NCBI GenBank assembly: GCA_963662315.1
Contig: OY759353.1
Coordinates: 1,408,001 to 1,472,000 of the forward strand
Direction: 5' to 3'
DNA length: 64,000 nucleotides
Source: Geopsychrobacteraceae bacterium
GTDB taxonomy: Bacteria > Desulfobacterota > Desulfuromonadia > Desulfuromonadales > Geopsychrobacteraceae
Each line of letters starts with the position of its first letter. The stretch's first letter is position 1. The notes beneath the pieces were generated by a model. The model worked only from the letters and a program-made list of their open reading frames with translations. It did no database searches and was not told the origin of the DNA. Positions 36,663 through 46,364 of this stretch are shown one piece after another. A program made the translations under genes and the position numbers.

Positions 36663-37490
36663 TCAGGCAAAAAGCATTGAAATATCGGTGGCTCTGACAG
36701 AATGGGTCAAGGCTCCGACGGAAATAAAATCGACTCCGGTTTCAGCAATATCCCTAACGGTATCAAGATTGACACCGCCTGAAGCCTCAACCTGAGCGCG
36801 CCCGTCTATAAGGCTAACAGCTTCTCTGAGTTCAGCAAGGGTCATATTGTCAAGCATGATCACATCAGCCCTGGAATCAAGAGCTTCCTGGACTTCAGTC
36901 ATGGTGGTGGTCTCAACCTCAACTTTCAGAGTATGGGGAGACAGTGCACGAGCCCGCTGCACTGCAGCACCAAGACCACCAGCCGCCGCAATGTGATTTT
37001 CCTTGATCAGAATACCATCGAAAAGTCCAATCCGATGATTGTGTCCGCCCCCCATACGCACTGCATATTTATCAAGAGCTCTTAACCCGGGTACAGTCTT
37101 CCGCGTATCGACAATAGTCGCTCCGGTGTGGGCAATTGCGGAAACATACGTCGCCGTCAGAGTGGCAATGCCACTCATGCGCTGCAGCAGATTAAGGGCA
37201 ACACGCTCCCCCTGCAGCAGAAACATGGCGCGCCCTTTAATCCAGGCGATAACCTCACCTTTTTTTACGTTATGTCCATCACTGGAAATTTTCTCAAAAG
37301 AGATTTCACGATCAAGCTGTCTGAATACTTCTGCGACAACATCCAGACCGGCAACAACAAAATCTTCTTTAGCAACCAGCTCGGCACGGGCCATGGTTTC
37401 CGGGGCCACAGTCACACTGGTCGTCATATCACCAAGACCGATATCCTCCTGCAGTGCAGTACGCACAATTCTCTCGACTTCAAACTGCAT
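36663..37490 (-). CDS. nadC: Quinolinate phosphoribosyltransferase
   Basis: ALQEDIG.GD, ERVALN, DTRKT.PG, KENH, EVE, MLDN, EASGG. Confidence 0.96.
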   Translation of the reverse strand: MQFEVERIVRTALQEDIGLGDMTTSVTVAPETMARAELVAKEDFVVAGLDVVAEVFRQLDREISFEKISSDGHNVKKGEVIAWIKGRAMFLLQGERVALNLLQRMSGIATLTATYVSAIAHTGATIVDTRKTVPGLRALDKYAVRMGGGHNHRIGLFDGILIKENHIAAAGGLGAAVQRARALSPHTLKVEVETTTMTEVQEALDSRADVIMLDNMTLAELREAVSLIDGRAQVEASGGVNLDTVRDIAETGVDFISVGALTHSVRATDISMLFA

Positions 37491-37697
37491 TAAACTCACT
37501 CCACACCATCGTCAGGCCCTTACATAAGAGGGCGATTGCACAATAAAAGATGTTTAAGCTATAGCATAACGGACAACGCTCCCGCAACCGAAATTACCCC
37601 CGCAAAGAAAGCTAAATCCTCTTTACATTTCCACAACTTGTGTTAGATATTATTATTTCGTCCCGATACTGTAACAAGTACTTCTGAAGGAGTAAAA

Positions 37698-38603
37698 ATG
37701 AGAAGAAACAGTCTGATAATGATTTGCTGCCTGTTATTATCACTGACCTCCTGCGTCAGCAAAAACGTCTATCAGCAAAAAGTTAATGAAGCCGATATCC
37801 TGCAGCGTGATGTTGCCGATCTTACCACCACCCGCCAGAACCTATTGGCGGAAATCGCACAGCTGCAGGCCGACCGTTCCAAACTGAATGCACGTCTGGT
37901 TGAAGTTCTGAAACAGAACTCAAGCCTGCAGCGCGACCTGCTTGCGGCCAATGCCAATCAGGAACGCCAGGCCGACAACCTGACCATCCATCAAGAACAG
38001 ATTGCCGCTCTGCAGAACCAGCTACAAAATATGCAGGACACCAATGATCAGTTATTGGCAACGATTGAGGAACTTAACCAGGCTATCGAGAAGGAAAAAG
38101 TCGCCCGCGAGGCCCGTCTGGCCAAAGTCAAAAACACCTATGACCAACTGGTTGGTGCCCTGGAAAATGAAATCAAGCGTGGGGAACTGACTATTTCAAA
38201 CCTGGAAGGCCAACTGTCGGTCAACCTGTTAAACCAGATTCTGTTTGATTCCGGGGAAACAGCCATCAAAAAAGAAGGGCAAAAGGTTTTAAAAAGTCTT
38301 GGCGATGTCCTGAACAAATTCCCGGACAAGGCGCTGATGATTGAAGGGCACACGGATAACGTGCAGATCAGCAGTCGCTTAAAGGAACAATATCCGACCA
38401 ACTGGGAGCTTTCCACCGCGCGTGCAACCAGCGTTGTCCATTTTTTACAGGACAGTGTCGGGTTGCCGGGTGAACGCCTGATCGCGGCTGGGTACAGTCA
38501 GTACAAACCGGTTGCCAGCAATGAGGACAGTGATGGCAGAGCCCAGAACCGGCGAATCCAGATCTTGCTTGTTCCCTACGACAATAAAGGTAAGGATCGG
38601 TAA
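37698..38603 (+). CDS. Coiled-coil lipoprotein with an OmpA/MotB peptidoglycan-binding domain
   Basis: Lipobox LTSC; IEGHTDN, NWELSTARA, NRRIQI. Confidence 0.88.
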   Translation: MRRNSLIMICCLLLSLTSCVSKNVYQQKVNEADILQRDVADLTTTRQNLLAEIAQLQADRSKLNARLVEVLKQNSSLQRDLLAANANQERQADNLTIHQEQIAALQNQLQNMQDTNDQLLATIEELNQAIEKEKVAREARLAKVKNTYDQLVGALENEIKRGELTISNLEGQLSVNLLNQILFDSGETAIKKEGQKVLKSLGDVLNKFPDKALMIEGHTDNVQISSRLKEQYPTNWELSTARATSVVHFLQDSVGLPGERLIAAGYSQYKPVASNEDSDGRAQNRRIQILLVPYDNKGKDR

Positions 38604-38731
38604 TCACACGACTCCTTATTGCCATCAATTGAAAGCCCGTGCTCTGAATCAGCGCGGGCTTTTTGATTTTTATCTGCATCTGTGAAAGCATGGAGACTAC
38701 AGGACAAAAAAAGAGAAAGGACATCTGCCCC

Positions 38732-39856
38732 ATGGAGATAGATCTAACATTGGAAAAAATCGCTGAGAAACTACAGTCATTGATGCTCGGTAACACTGTG
38801 ACCGAATGGCTCATAGCGCTGGCAGTTTTGATTCTTGCTGTCTGCATAACCCTGGGCTTGCGCTGGCTGAGTATCAACCGTCTTGAAGCTCTCACAAAAA
38901 ACCTGCACATCAGTTTTGTCAATGCATTGACCATTGCCCTGCGAAAAACCTCGCTGGTTATTCTATTTTTCCCACTGCTTCTGTTTGCTTCCGGGTGGCT
39001 TGACCTGCCTGCCGGGTTATCCAGAGGTCTTGACATTCTGGCGACAATAGCCTTTTTTCTGCAGTTGGGCATCTGGTTGTCTGCTATCACCACAACACTG
39101 ATTCAGCATTCCCGCCAACAGGCCCTGACCAAAAACGCATCTGCCGCAACCAGTCTTTCGGCACTTTCGTTTGTCAGCAGATTGCTCATCTGGTCGGTCA
39201 TTATCCTGTTGACCCTCGACAACCTCGGTATTGATGTCACAGCATTGGTTGCCGGACTAGGCGTTGGCGGTGTCGCAGTGGCCCTGGCGATTCAAAATAT
39301 TCTTGGCGACCTGTTCGCCAGCCTATCCATAATTATCGATAAACCGTTTGAGATCGGTGATTTTATTATCGTCAATGAGTATCTCGGCTCGGTGGAGAAC
39401 ATCGGGCTGAAAACAACCCGCATCCGCAGTCTTGGCGGGGAACAGATTATTTTTTCCAACAGTGACCTGCTGTCATCACGGGTGCGCAATTATAAACGCA
39501 TGCAGGAACGACGTGTCGTTTTTTCCTTTGGGGTGTTGTATCAGACACCGGTCGACCAACTGGAAGAAATCCCCAACCTGGTTCGAAGTATTATTGAAGG
39601 TCTTGGGGCCATCCGTTTTGACCGCGCCCATTTTTTCAAATTCAGCGAGTCATCTCTGGATTTTGAAGTGGTGTATTATATTAGCTCCGCTGACTACAAT
39701 ACCTACATGGATACCCAACAAGCGATAAATCTGGCTCTGATGCGTGAATTTTCCAAGCGCAACGTTCAGTTCGCCTATCCGACACGATCGATCTATGTCG
39801 AGTCACCGGTTCCGGTTCGTCTGGAAGCACAATCGGCGCCAGGCGCATCACCCTAG
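38732..39856 (+). CDS. MscS family mechanosensitive channel
   Basis: AGLGVGGVAVALA, DKPFEIGDFI, GSVENIGLKTTRIR, FAYPT. Confidence 0.92.
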   Translation: MEIDLTLEKIAEKLQSLMLGNTVTEWLIALAVLILAVCITLGLRWLSINRLEALTKNLHISFVNALTIALRKTSLVILFFPLLLFASGWLDLPAGLSRGLDILATIAFFLQLGIWLSAITTTLIQHSRQQALTKNASAATSLSALSFVSRLLIWSVIILLTLDNLGIDVTALVAGLGVGGVAVALAIQNILGDLFASLSIIIDKPFEIGDFIIVNEYLGSVENIGLKTTRIRSLGGEQIIFSNSDLLSSRVRNYKRMQERRVVFSFGVLYQTPVDQLEEIPNLVRSIIEGLGAIRFDRAHFFKFSESSLDFEVVYYISSADYNTYMDTQQAINLALMREFSKRNVQFAYPTRSIYVESPVPVRLEAQSAPGASP

Positions 39857-39875
39857 CCCGTGTCGGTGTGTGCAA

Positions 39876-41024
39876 TTAATCCGCTTCAAGCACAACGCGA
39901 TTACGCCCAGTCTGTTTGGCCTGATACAGGGCTTGATCAACCCGCCCGATCAGATCATCAATCGTGTCGTCAGGCCGCAGTTGGGCGACCCCAAGGCTGA
40001 TGGAGATATGACCAACCCCGGCAACGTTTGCTGTCGCAACCTCACCACGAATCCGCTCCGCCAGAGGCTGCGCCTCACCGATTGTTGTCTCAGGCAACAG
40101 GACAAGAAACTCTTCGCCCCCCCAACGAATCAGCACATCACCCTGGCGAACCAAACCACGGATCAAGCGGCATAAAAGTTTGAGCACCTCATCCCCAACC
40201 GAGTGACCGAAGCGATCATTAACATTTTTGAAATGATCGATATCCAGCATAATCACAGAGAAGGTATCCAGGCCAGCACCTTGCGGTTGATCAACGGTAT
40301 CTACAATCTCATCAAACTTACGCCGGTTAAACGTCTGCGTTAAAGTGTCAGTTACGGCCAGATGTTCAACTTGTTTCAGGGATTCTGTCAGCTGCGCGGC
40401 AAGGTCTCCAATTTCAGCCAGTGCCTCATTCAGCTCACTGGTCCGTTCCTTAACCCGGACTTCTAACTGTTCTTTCGTATTCTCCATTTCCTGTTCGGCC
40501 TTCTGCCGGCGCAGATTCTCAAAACCAAGGCGCATAAGCAGTTTGAAGAACAGGGTAAAAAAATTGATAAGGTGCTCAACTCTCCCCGGACGGACAATCG
40601 GGACCTTATCGACCGCAGCGAGATAATCCTCCATATCAAAACCGTAGGCCAAAGCCTGGCGCTTAAAGTAGTCCAGATCAGGAGTTTCCTGAAAAAACTG
40701 GCTGAGAAAGAAATAGCCAAGCACTCGTGATTCAAGCTGGAGGGGCATAGCAACTTCAACGAGCCCGTTAGGACACCGGTAAATAAGATACTCTTTACGG
40801 TTCAGGTATTCTTTGATGCGTTCTTCACAAAGGAGGCAATTGTTGCGCGTCTCGGGGTGCATACGATGAAAGTTTTTACAGATATCCTGCCAGCCAATGG
40901 AGATCAGCCAATTGTTTTGGTTATCGATGATACCAACAGCCAGTCCTGCGCCTTCGTAAAAGAAGCGCATCATTTCACGCAAGTCATTAATCTCGATAAT
41001 ATCCTGAAGCTCAAGATTCCGCAT
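39876..41024 (-). CDS. PocR-sensor diguanylate cyclase
   Basis: PocR-type WQDICKNFHR..C, YRCPNGL; DTLTQTFNRR, DIDHFK, RQGD I-site, GGEEF. Confidence 0.88.
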   Translation of the reverse strand: MRNLELQDIIEINDLREMMRFFYEGAGLAVGIIDNQNNWLISIGWQDICKNFHRMHPETRNNCLLCEERIKEYLNRKEYLIYRCPNGLVEVAMPLQLESRVLGYFFLSQFFQETPDLDYFKRQALAYGFDMEDYLAAVDKVPIVRPGRVEHLINFFTLFFKLLMRLGFENLRRQKAEQEMENTKEQLEVRVKERTSELNEALAEIGDLAAQLTESLKQVEHLAVTDTLTQTFNRRKFDEIVDTVDQPQGAGLDTFSVIMLDIDHFKNVNDRFGHSVGDEVLKLLCRLIRGLVRQGDVLIRWGGEEFLVLLPETTIGEAQPLAERIRGEVATANVAGVGHISISLGVAQLRPDDTIDDLIGRVDQALYQAKQTGRNRVVLEAD

Positions 41025-41379
41025 GCAGCAGCCTTTCTGCCGGCATCATGACGAGAAGCAACAAGCAGGTTGTCTAATATTGTATCAGGATTATTAAGAC
41101 ACTCAATCTAAGGAAAGCTATTGATTAGCGAACCAGATAGCCCGTCTCAGCATTCCAACCGGGATAACCGTCGCAGTGGAAACACCCAGAATCGTTGGCC
41201 TGCCGGACCACGTTCCTCCGTTTGACAGACAGTACCTACCCTGTGATCAGATCATTTTAAGTCACTAAAACCCATGACGGTCTTGACAATCACCTCTCAC
41301 TTACAGGAATAATCGAGGTCGCTAAATTCTTCAGGCCGCAGTAACGAAAGCCAGGGGAATTCTTCAACCACTTAACAAC

Positions 41380-41790
41380 ATGGATAAAATCATGAACACT
41401 CCCTACAGAACACACAGCACAGCCATCGGTTACCTGCTCTGGGTTTTCGGCTTTACCGGGTCTCATCGCTTTTATTATGGCAAACCGGTTTCCGGAACAG
41501 TTTACTTTTTTACCCTTGGCTTATTGGGCATCGGCTGGCTTATCGACCTGTTTCTTATCCCCGGAATGGACCGCGAAGCGGACTTGCGCTACATCGCCGG
41601 TCCCTTTGATTATACCGTAGTCTGGATTCTGCTTACGTTTCTCGGTTTGTTTGGTGTGCATCGTATGTATCTCGGTAAATGGATCAGCGCGATCATCTAT
41701 CTGTTTACCGGCGGCCTGTTCGGTTTTGGCATTCTTTACGATTTTTGGACCCTGAATGAACAAGCGTCCTTGAAGAACCGCATGGTCTGA
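41380..41790 (+). CDS. TM2/NINE domain membrane protein
   Basis: Two TM2 repeats: GFTGSHRFYYGK and GLFGVHRMYLGK. Confidence 0.88.
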   Translation: MDKIMNTPYRTHSTAIGYLLWVFGFTGSHRFYYGKPVSGTVYFFTLGLLGIGWLIDLFLIPGMDREADLRYIAGPFDYTVVWILLTFLGLFGVHRMYLGKWISAIIYLFTGGLFGFGILYDFWTLNEQASLKNRMV

Positions 41791-42001
41791 CATTAAAAAA
41801 GCGCAGCCAAAATGCTGCAGGCTGCGCTTTTATCTGTTTCAGTGGTTAGAAAGCCCGGGCGAGTTTAAACCAGTTTTTTTCGCCTTCAGACCTGTTTTCT
41901 ACCAACTTTTCTTTTTGATAACGCACTTCAATGCTCATATTCTGGTAGTCAGACTTAAAAGCCAGACCATAGAAGTGAAACTAAAAGTGACCAAACAACG
42001 A

Positions 42002-42029
42002 TAAACTTTTCAAACCTTCCTGCCGATAA
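42002..42029 (+). promoter_or_regulatory. sigma28 (FliA)-type promoter
   Basis: TAAA-N16-GCCGATAA; perfect -10, spacer one nt longer than the canonical N15. Confidence 0.65.
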
Positions 42030-42073
42030 GAAAGGTCTGTTCACCTAAATGAAAACAACGGCGGGAGGTCAAA

Positions 42074-43228
42074 ATGAGCCAAAATATCAGCTCTACCCTA
42101 CCCTCGATCAACCACAACGATCATTTACAGGCATTGCAGCACACGCACCAGAAACGCAACACTCCTACTCACCACACTGACAGTTCCAGACATGCCATCC
42201 GGGACAGGTACCGGAAAACGCATGAGGATTTAGGTTCCAAGGCATTTACCAGTCTGACCAACTCTCTGGCCAGAGCCTTTACCAACGCAGTCAAGGTTGA
42301 CCAGCAGACAGGGGAAGAAGAAACGACCCAAGGGGGCTTGCAGCGGGTCGCCAAAGATCTGCAGAAACTGTTTAAAGGCATGGGCTTTCCACCACAGATG
42401 GCCAAGCAGTATGCCCGCGACATCAGTTCGGCCATGGGACAGGAAGGCGTTGAACAGATCGACTTCTCGCTCGAAACGACAAGATCCCTGACCGTCTCCG
42501 CCTATAACCAGTCTGGAGCGGGGGTACCCGGTGACGATGAATCAGCCGTAGCTTCATCTCAAGCATCAGGATTGCAGCTTACCGTCGTTCAGACCCGGAA
42601 CTTTGATGTCTCCATTAATCTGACAACCGGAGAATTCTCGCTCACCCGAACCTATGACGAAAGCTTGACCTTGTCCACCGTTGCTGCTGACAGTCAGGAA
42701 AATACGGAAATGCCGACAGGTCTAAACGCTGAAGATACAGAGGTTACGCCTGACGAGATAAATACACCGGCAACGGTCGGTGAGGATACAGATAAAACCG
42801 TAATAGAAGAGCTCCCGACAGTAACAGACCAAAACCAAGTTGACGCTATTCTGTTCCAGCTCAGTCACTCCATCAGCCAATCAACACTTTTTACTCAGCA
42901 GCAATATGCTGATGAAACAGGCAAGGAAGTGACTGACGGGGAGCAAGCGGTCGCTGCAGACAACACCCTATATCAGCTGCAATTATTCGCAGAAACCCGG
43001 CTACAGATTAACTTTGGAGAGACCAGCCTGTTTGAATCGATGACCAATATCTCAAACTTGAGAATCGAAAGTATAGATCAGCAGGAGTACCTGCGTTTCA
43101 GTGTCCAGGCCGTTGCACCGGTCGGACTGACGACAGTGGATAAAGATGGGAGCAGCAGCACCGTTTACCCGAGGCCGAATGGCGGGATTGGTGAAATGAC
43201 AACAGAGAGCCAGGCCGTATCGGCCTGA
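42074..43228 (+). CDS. Hypothetical acidic Ser/Thr-rich protein
   Basis: 384-aa ORF with GGGAGG RBS and a terminator; no recognisable family. Confidence 0.75.
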   Translation: MSQNISSTLPSINHNDHLQALQHTHQKRNTPTHHTDSSRHAIRDRYRKTHEDLGSKAFTSLTNSLARAFTNAVKVDQQTGEEETTQGGLQRVAKDLQKLFKGMGFPPQMAKQYARDISSAMGQEGVEQIDFSLETTRSLTVSAYNQSGAGVPGDDESAVASSQASGLQLTVVQTRNFDVSINLTTGEFSLTRTYDESLTLSTVAADSQENTEMPTGLNAEDTEVTPDEINTPATVGEDTDKTVIEELPTVTDQNQVDAILFQLSHSISQSTLFTQQQYADETGKEVTDGEQAVAADNTLYQLQLFAETRLQINFGETSLFESMTNISNLRIESIDQQEYLRFSVQAVAPVGLTTVDKDGSSSTVYPRPNGGIGEMTTESQAVSA

Positions 43229-43235
43229 TAAACCG

Positions 43236-43275
43236 ATCGGCCCGGCAAATCGATATTGCTGGGCCGATTTCTTTT
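43236..43275. terminator. Intrinsic terminator
   Basis: ATCGGCCCGGCAA ... TTGCTGGGCCGAT stem followed by a T-rich tract. Confidence 0.7.
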
Positions 43276-43288
43276 ATAGCTAAAAAAA

Positions 43289-43738
43289 CTATTGTTCAAA
43301 AAGCTGCCGAATATGTTCTATGCGCTTGCGGTTAACGCCAAAATCACTATACCCCAGGCGTGAAGCGGAACGCACTTCGACCTCTTGCTGATGACCGAAG
43401 AAAAACTCTACATCATCAACAAACCCCATCAGTGCGGAAGAAAACTCTACATGCAGATAGAGATCGGTTTCCGCAACAATGCGATTGCGGGCTAGCGTCG
43501 ACAATATATCGTTTAACCGGTTACGCGCCCGGGTAACATCGTCCCGGTAAATCAGGGGTTTTATATAATGTTTTTCATCTGAGGTGCTTGCCTGACTGCT
43601 GACGCAATTAGGAGAAGACGGACAAACGGCAAATTTCCCCTGTTTAACGCCCAGATTAGAGGGCACCTTTCCTGAACAGCCCCAGACCATGGTCACCACC
43701 AGAACACTCAGTGTCATAATAACTCTTCTGCCAGACAT
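43289..43738 (-). CDS. DUF1499 domain lipoprotein
   Basis: Lipobox VWGC; CPSSPNCVSSQ, GFVDDVEF, RSASRLGYSDFGVNRKR. Confidence 0.9.
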   Translation of the reverse strand: MSGRRVIMTLSVLVVTMVWGCSGKVPSNLGVKQGKFAVCPSSPNCVSSQASTSDEKHYIKPLIYRDDVTRARNRLNDILSTLARNRIVAETDLYLHVEFSSALMGFVDDVEFFFGHQQEVEVRSASRLGYSDFGVNRKRIEHIRQLFEQ

Positions 43739-43788
43739 ACGCCCTCCGCGGTATTTATGACAAAAGGTCAGAATAAACTTTCCAAGCC

Positions 43789-44187
43789 TTACAGCGGCCG
43801 CTTCTCTATTTCTATCAAAGAACCTTTTAGCTGTTCAATCGTCTCAGCCAGCCGGGCATTCTCCTGACGCAGTTGCCGTATCTTGTCAACCTGCTCTGAA
43901 ATAGTACTTTCCTGCCCTCTCATCAGTTCCTTCCGTTGTTCTACTTCTCGGGCATAAAGTACCACGGTGTAAGCTCTTTGAGCCCAGACACTATCGGGAT
44001 AAATAGCGATAAAGTCTTCTAGAACTTTCAGCTGACTGGATTCCTGAAATGTCGCGAAAGCCTGTTCAAAAGCCAACTGATCAGAAGTTACAGGAACTTT
44101 ATGCGGTTGTGCCTCGAACTGAGAACAAATCTGAGCACAACCACCAAGAAAAAGGACCAATATGAAAACGACACTTAACGGCTTCAA
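43789..44187 (-). CDS. Lipoprotein with a C-terminal coiled coil
   Basis: Lipobox LGGC; start overlaps the upstream GGDEF stop; ..IEQLKGSLIEIEKR tail. Confidence 0.7.
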   Translation of the reverse strand: MKPLSVVFILVLFLGGCAQICSQFEAQPHKVPVTSDQLAFEQAFATFQESSQLKVLEDFIAIYPDSVWAQRAYTVVLYAREVEQRKELMRGQESTISEQVDKIRQLRQENARLAETIEQLKGSLIEIEKRPL

Positions 44188-45509
44188 TGTTTTCGTTTCT
44201 CCAACATATAATTGCTCCCCTGTTGAATCTTAAGATATTCTTTAAGACGTGCACAATCCTGGCTGATCGCCAGGCGTGAGGGATATTCATAGTGGGTTGA
44301 GGGGACTACCGCTATCGAAATAGTCATCAGCGGAAAGGTTCGTTTGACGCCATACCGATCTTTGCCGGTAAAACTTTTTGCTTCCCGATCCTGTTGATTA
44401 TAATAAGAAGGGATTGTTTCGTCAAAACGCTGGACAATCTCCTGGGCCAGTAATTCTGCAGATTCCAGGTTCGTCAGAATAACGTAATCATCTCCCCCGA
44501 TATGCCCGACCAGGTCTGCTTCGGATCCTTTTTCCATTACCACATTTTTAAGTAATTCACCAACCATGGCCAAGACATCACTTCCGGCTTTATAGCCATA
44601 GCGATCACTGTAAGCCTTGAAATTATCAAGATCGATATAAAGATGAGAAAATGGCTCTTTACTGGTAATACGGCGATCCACTTCACGATCAATAGCCAAA
44701 TTACCCGGGAGCTGGGTCAGGGGATTGGCATCAAGACGTAATTGCTCAAGCTCCTGAAGTTTCTCCCCCATCATTCGAAAATCATTGGCCAACTGAGAGA
44801 ATTCATCCCCACCTGACAATTCGGGACGATAATCAAAACTACCCGCAGAGATTTTCTGCGTTGCAGCCTTCAAGGCTTTCACAGAACGATGAATACTGAA
44901 CATAACCGTCAACGAAACGGGAGCGGACAGGCAAATGCCGATCAAGGTCAACAGCGCCGTCATTTGGAAGGCATCATTGGTACGTTCAGAGAGGCGCCCC
45001 AATCCGGTATTGATCTCCTGCTGTTTTTTCTGCCGGAACTCTGCCAGATACTTCAGGATCTCAATCCTGACCGGGATGGTTTTTTCGTTTGAGATCTCCT
45101 TTGCCCGGCCCCAGCTTTCCCAGAACAGGGCATCGGAAAGATCGTTTTCGGCCTGTCGATAAGTCTCAACCAATTTGATAAGAACCTTAACAGGTTCCGC
45201 TATCGGGGGACGGTTTAATGCAAGAGCGAGACGAGTAAATTCTTCATTGCGGTTGAGTCGCAACTCACTCAGAGTGGAATCTTTCAGAATCAACAACTGC
45301 TTTTCAATATTTTCCTGAGCCAGAAGATTCTGTTGCAGATCACGCACCAGCTCAAACATCCGAAACTCGACATTCACCAGCTGTTCCGTGTCACGTGTCT
45401 GTTGATGCAAGCGGGTCAGGGCAAAACCGATAGCACTGAGATTAAACACCAAGATAACCAGATACCCGGCTATCATTTTTTTTGTTACGGTGGAAAAAAG
45501 AGAGCGCAT
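44184..45509 (-). CDS. Membrane-bound HAMP-GGDEF protein
   Basis: Two TMs, periplasmic helical domain, HAMP (DEFSQLANDF), DANPLTQLPGN, DLDNFK, GGDDY. Confidence 0.88.
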   Translation of the reverse strand: MRSLFSTVTKKMIAGYLVILVFNLSAIGFALTRLHQQTRDTEQLVNVEFRMFELVRDLQQNLLAQENIEKQLLILKDSTLSELRLNRNEEFTRLALALNRPPIAEPVKVLIKLVETYRQAENDLSDALFWESWGRAKEISNEKTIPVRIEILKYLAEFRQKKQQEINTGLGRLSERTNDAFQMTALLTLIGICLSAPVSLTVMFSIHRSVKALKAATQKISAGSFDYRPELSGGDEFSQLANDFRMMGEKLQELEQLRLDANPLTQLPGNLAIDREVDRRITSKEPFSHLYIDLDNFKAYSDRYGYKAGSDVLAMVGELLKNVVMEKGSEADLVGHIGGDDYVILTNLESAELLAQEIVQRFDETIPSYYNQQDREAKSFTGKDRYGVKRTFPLMTISIAVVPSTHYEYPSRLAISQDCARLKEYLKIQQGSNYMLEKRKH

Positions 45510-45656
45510 GATTCGTCTTTCATCCGTTCACACATTTATATTTTTAATGGATTGATTTAAATTATTCGATTCTTCAGGTTCCATTAATAACATAAAAGCG
45601 CCCAAAAAGGACGCTTTATCTATGTTGGGCGACTGTTACATAGTACTTTAAACTGG

Positions 45657-46364
45657 CTACATCCCTAAGTAGGCCTTTTTAACATCTTCATTACTCAACA
45701 ATTTATCTGCTGAATCAACCAGTGTTATCCGACCATTTTCCATGACATAGCCACGATGGGCAAGCTTTAAGGCCTGGTTAGCATTTTGCTCAACAAGAAA
45801 GATCGTCGTATTGTTTTCCTTGTTAATTTTGCGGATGATATCAAATATCTGCTTGATAATAAGAGGGGCCAACCCCAGTGAGGGCTCATCCAATAGCAAA
45901 GCCCTTGGTCTTGCCATCAAGGCTCGGGATATGGCAAGCATCTGCTGTTCACCACCAGAGAGGGTACCACCAGCCTGATTACGACGTTTTTCCAGGATCG
46001 GAAACAGCTCCATAACATAGTTCAGATCCTGCTGAATCAGTTTTTTATTGGTCCGCAGGAAAGCGCCCATCTCCAGGTTTTCCAGAACAGTCAGATCGGG
46101 GAAGATACGTCGCCCTTCCGGAACCTGGATGATCCCCTTCTGGACAATTTTATCCGCGCTTAAATCCTGAATCGGGTCGCCGTCCAGTGTAATCTGTCCG
46201 GAGCGTGGCGGGGTAATACCGCAAATCGTCATCAGAGTTGTTGTCTTCCCGGCACCGTTGGCACCGATAAGAGCAACAATTTCCCCTTCTTTAACCTCTA
46301 GAGACACGTCCTTTAGAGCCTGAATATTTCCGTAATAGGTTTGAATATTGTCAATCTTAAGCAT
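45657..46364 (-). CDS. livF: Branched-chain amino acid ABC transporter ATPase
   Basis: GANGAGKTT, VPEGRRIF, LSGGEQQM, LDEPSLGLAP; ATG 46364. Confidence 0.95.
   Translation of the reverse strand: MLKIDNIQTYYGNIQALKDVSLEVKEGEIVALIGANGAGKTTTLMTICGITPPRSGQITLDGDPIQDLSADKIVQKGIIQVPEGRRIFPDLTVLENLEMGAFLRTNKKLIQQDLNYVMELFPILEKRRNQAGGTLSGGEQQMLAISRALMARPRALLLDEPSLGLAPLIIKQIFDIIRKINKENNTTIFLVEQNANQALKLAHRGYVMENGRITLVDSADKLLSNEDVKKAYLGM

Noticed and set aside
37698..38603. Flagellar stator MotB
   Set aside because: It has a lipobox and a coiled coil rather than the MotB TM with its Asp, and no motA is adjacent
38368..39093. Long antisense ORFs (for example 38368-39093, 62628-63299, 46348-46890, 60285-60830)
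   Set aside because: Shadow frames opposite well-supported genes, with no motifs
41025..41380. c-di-GMP or other riboswitch upstream of the cyclase or TM2 gene
   Set aside because: Only weak hairpins; no GEMM consensus recognisable
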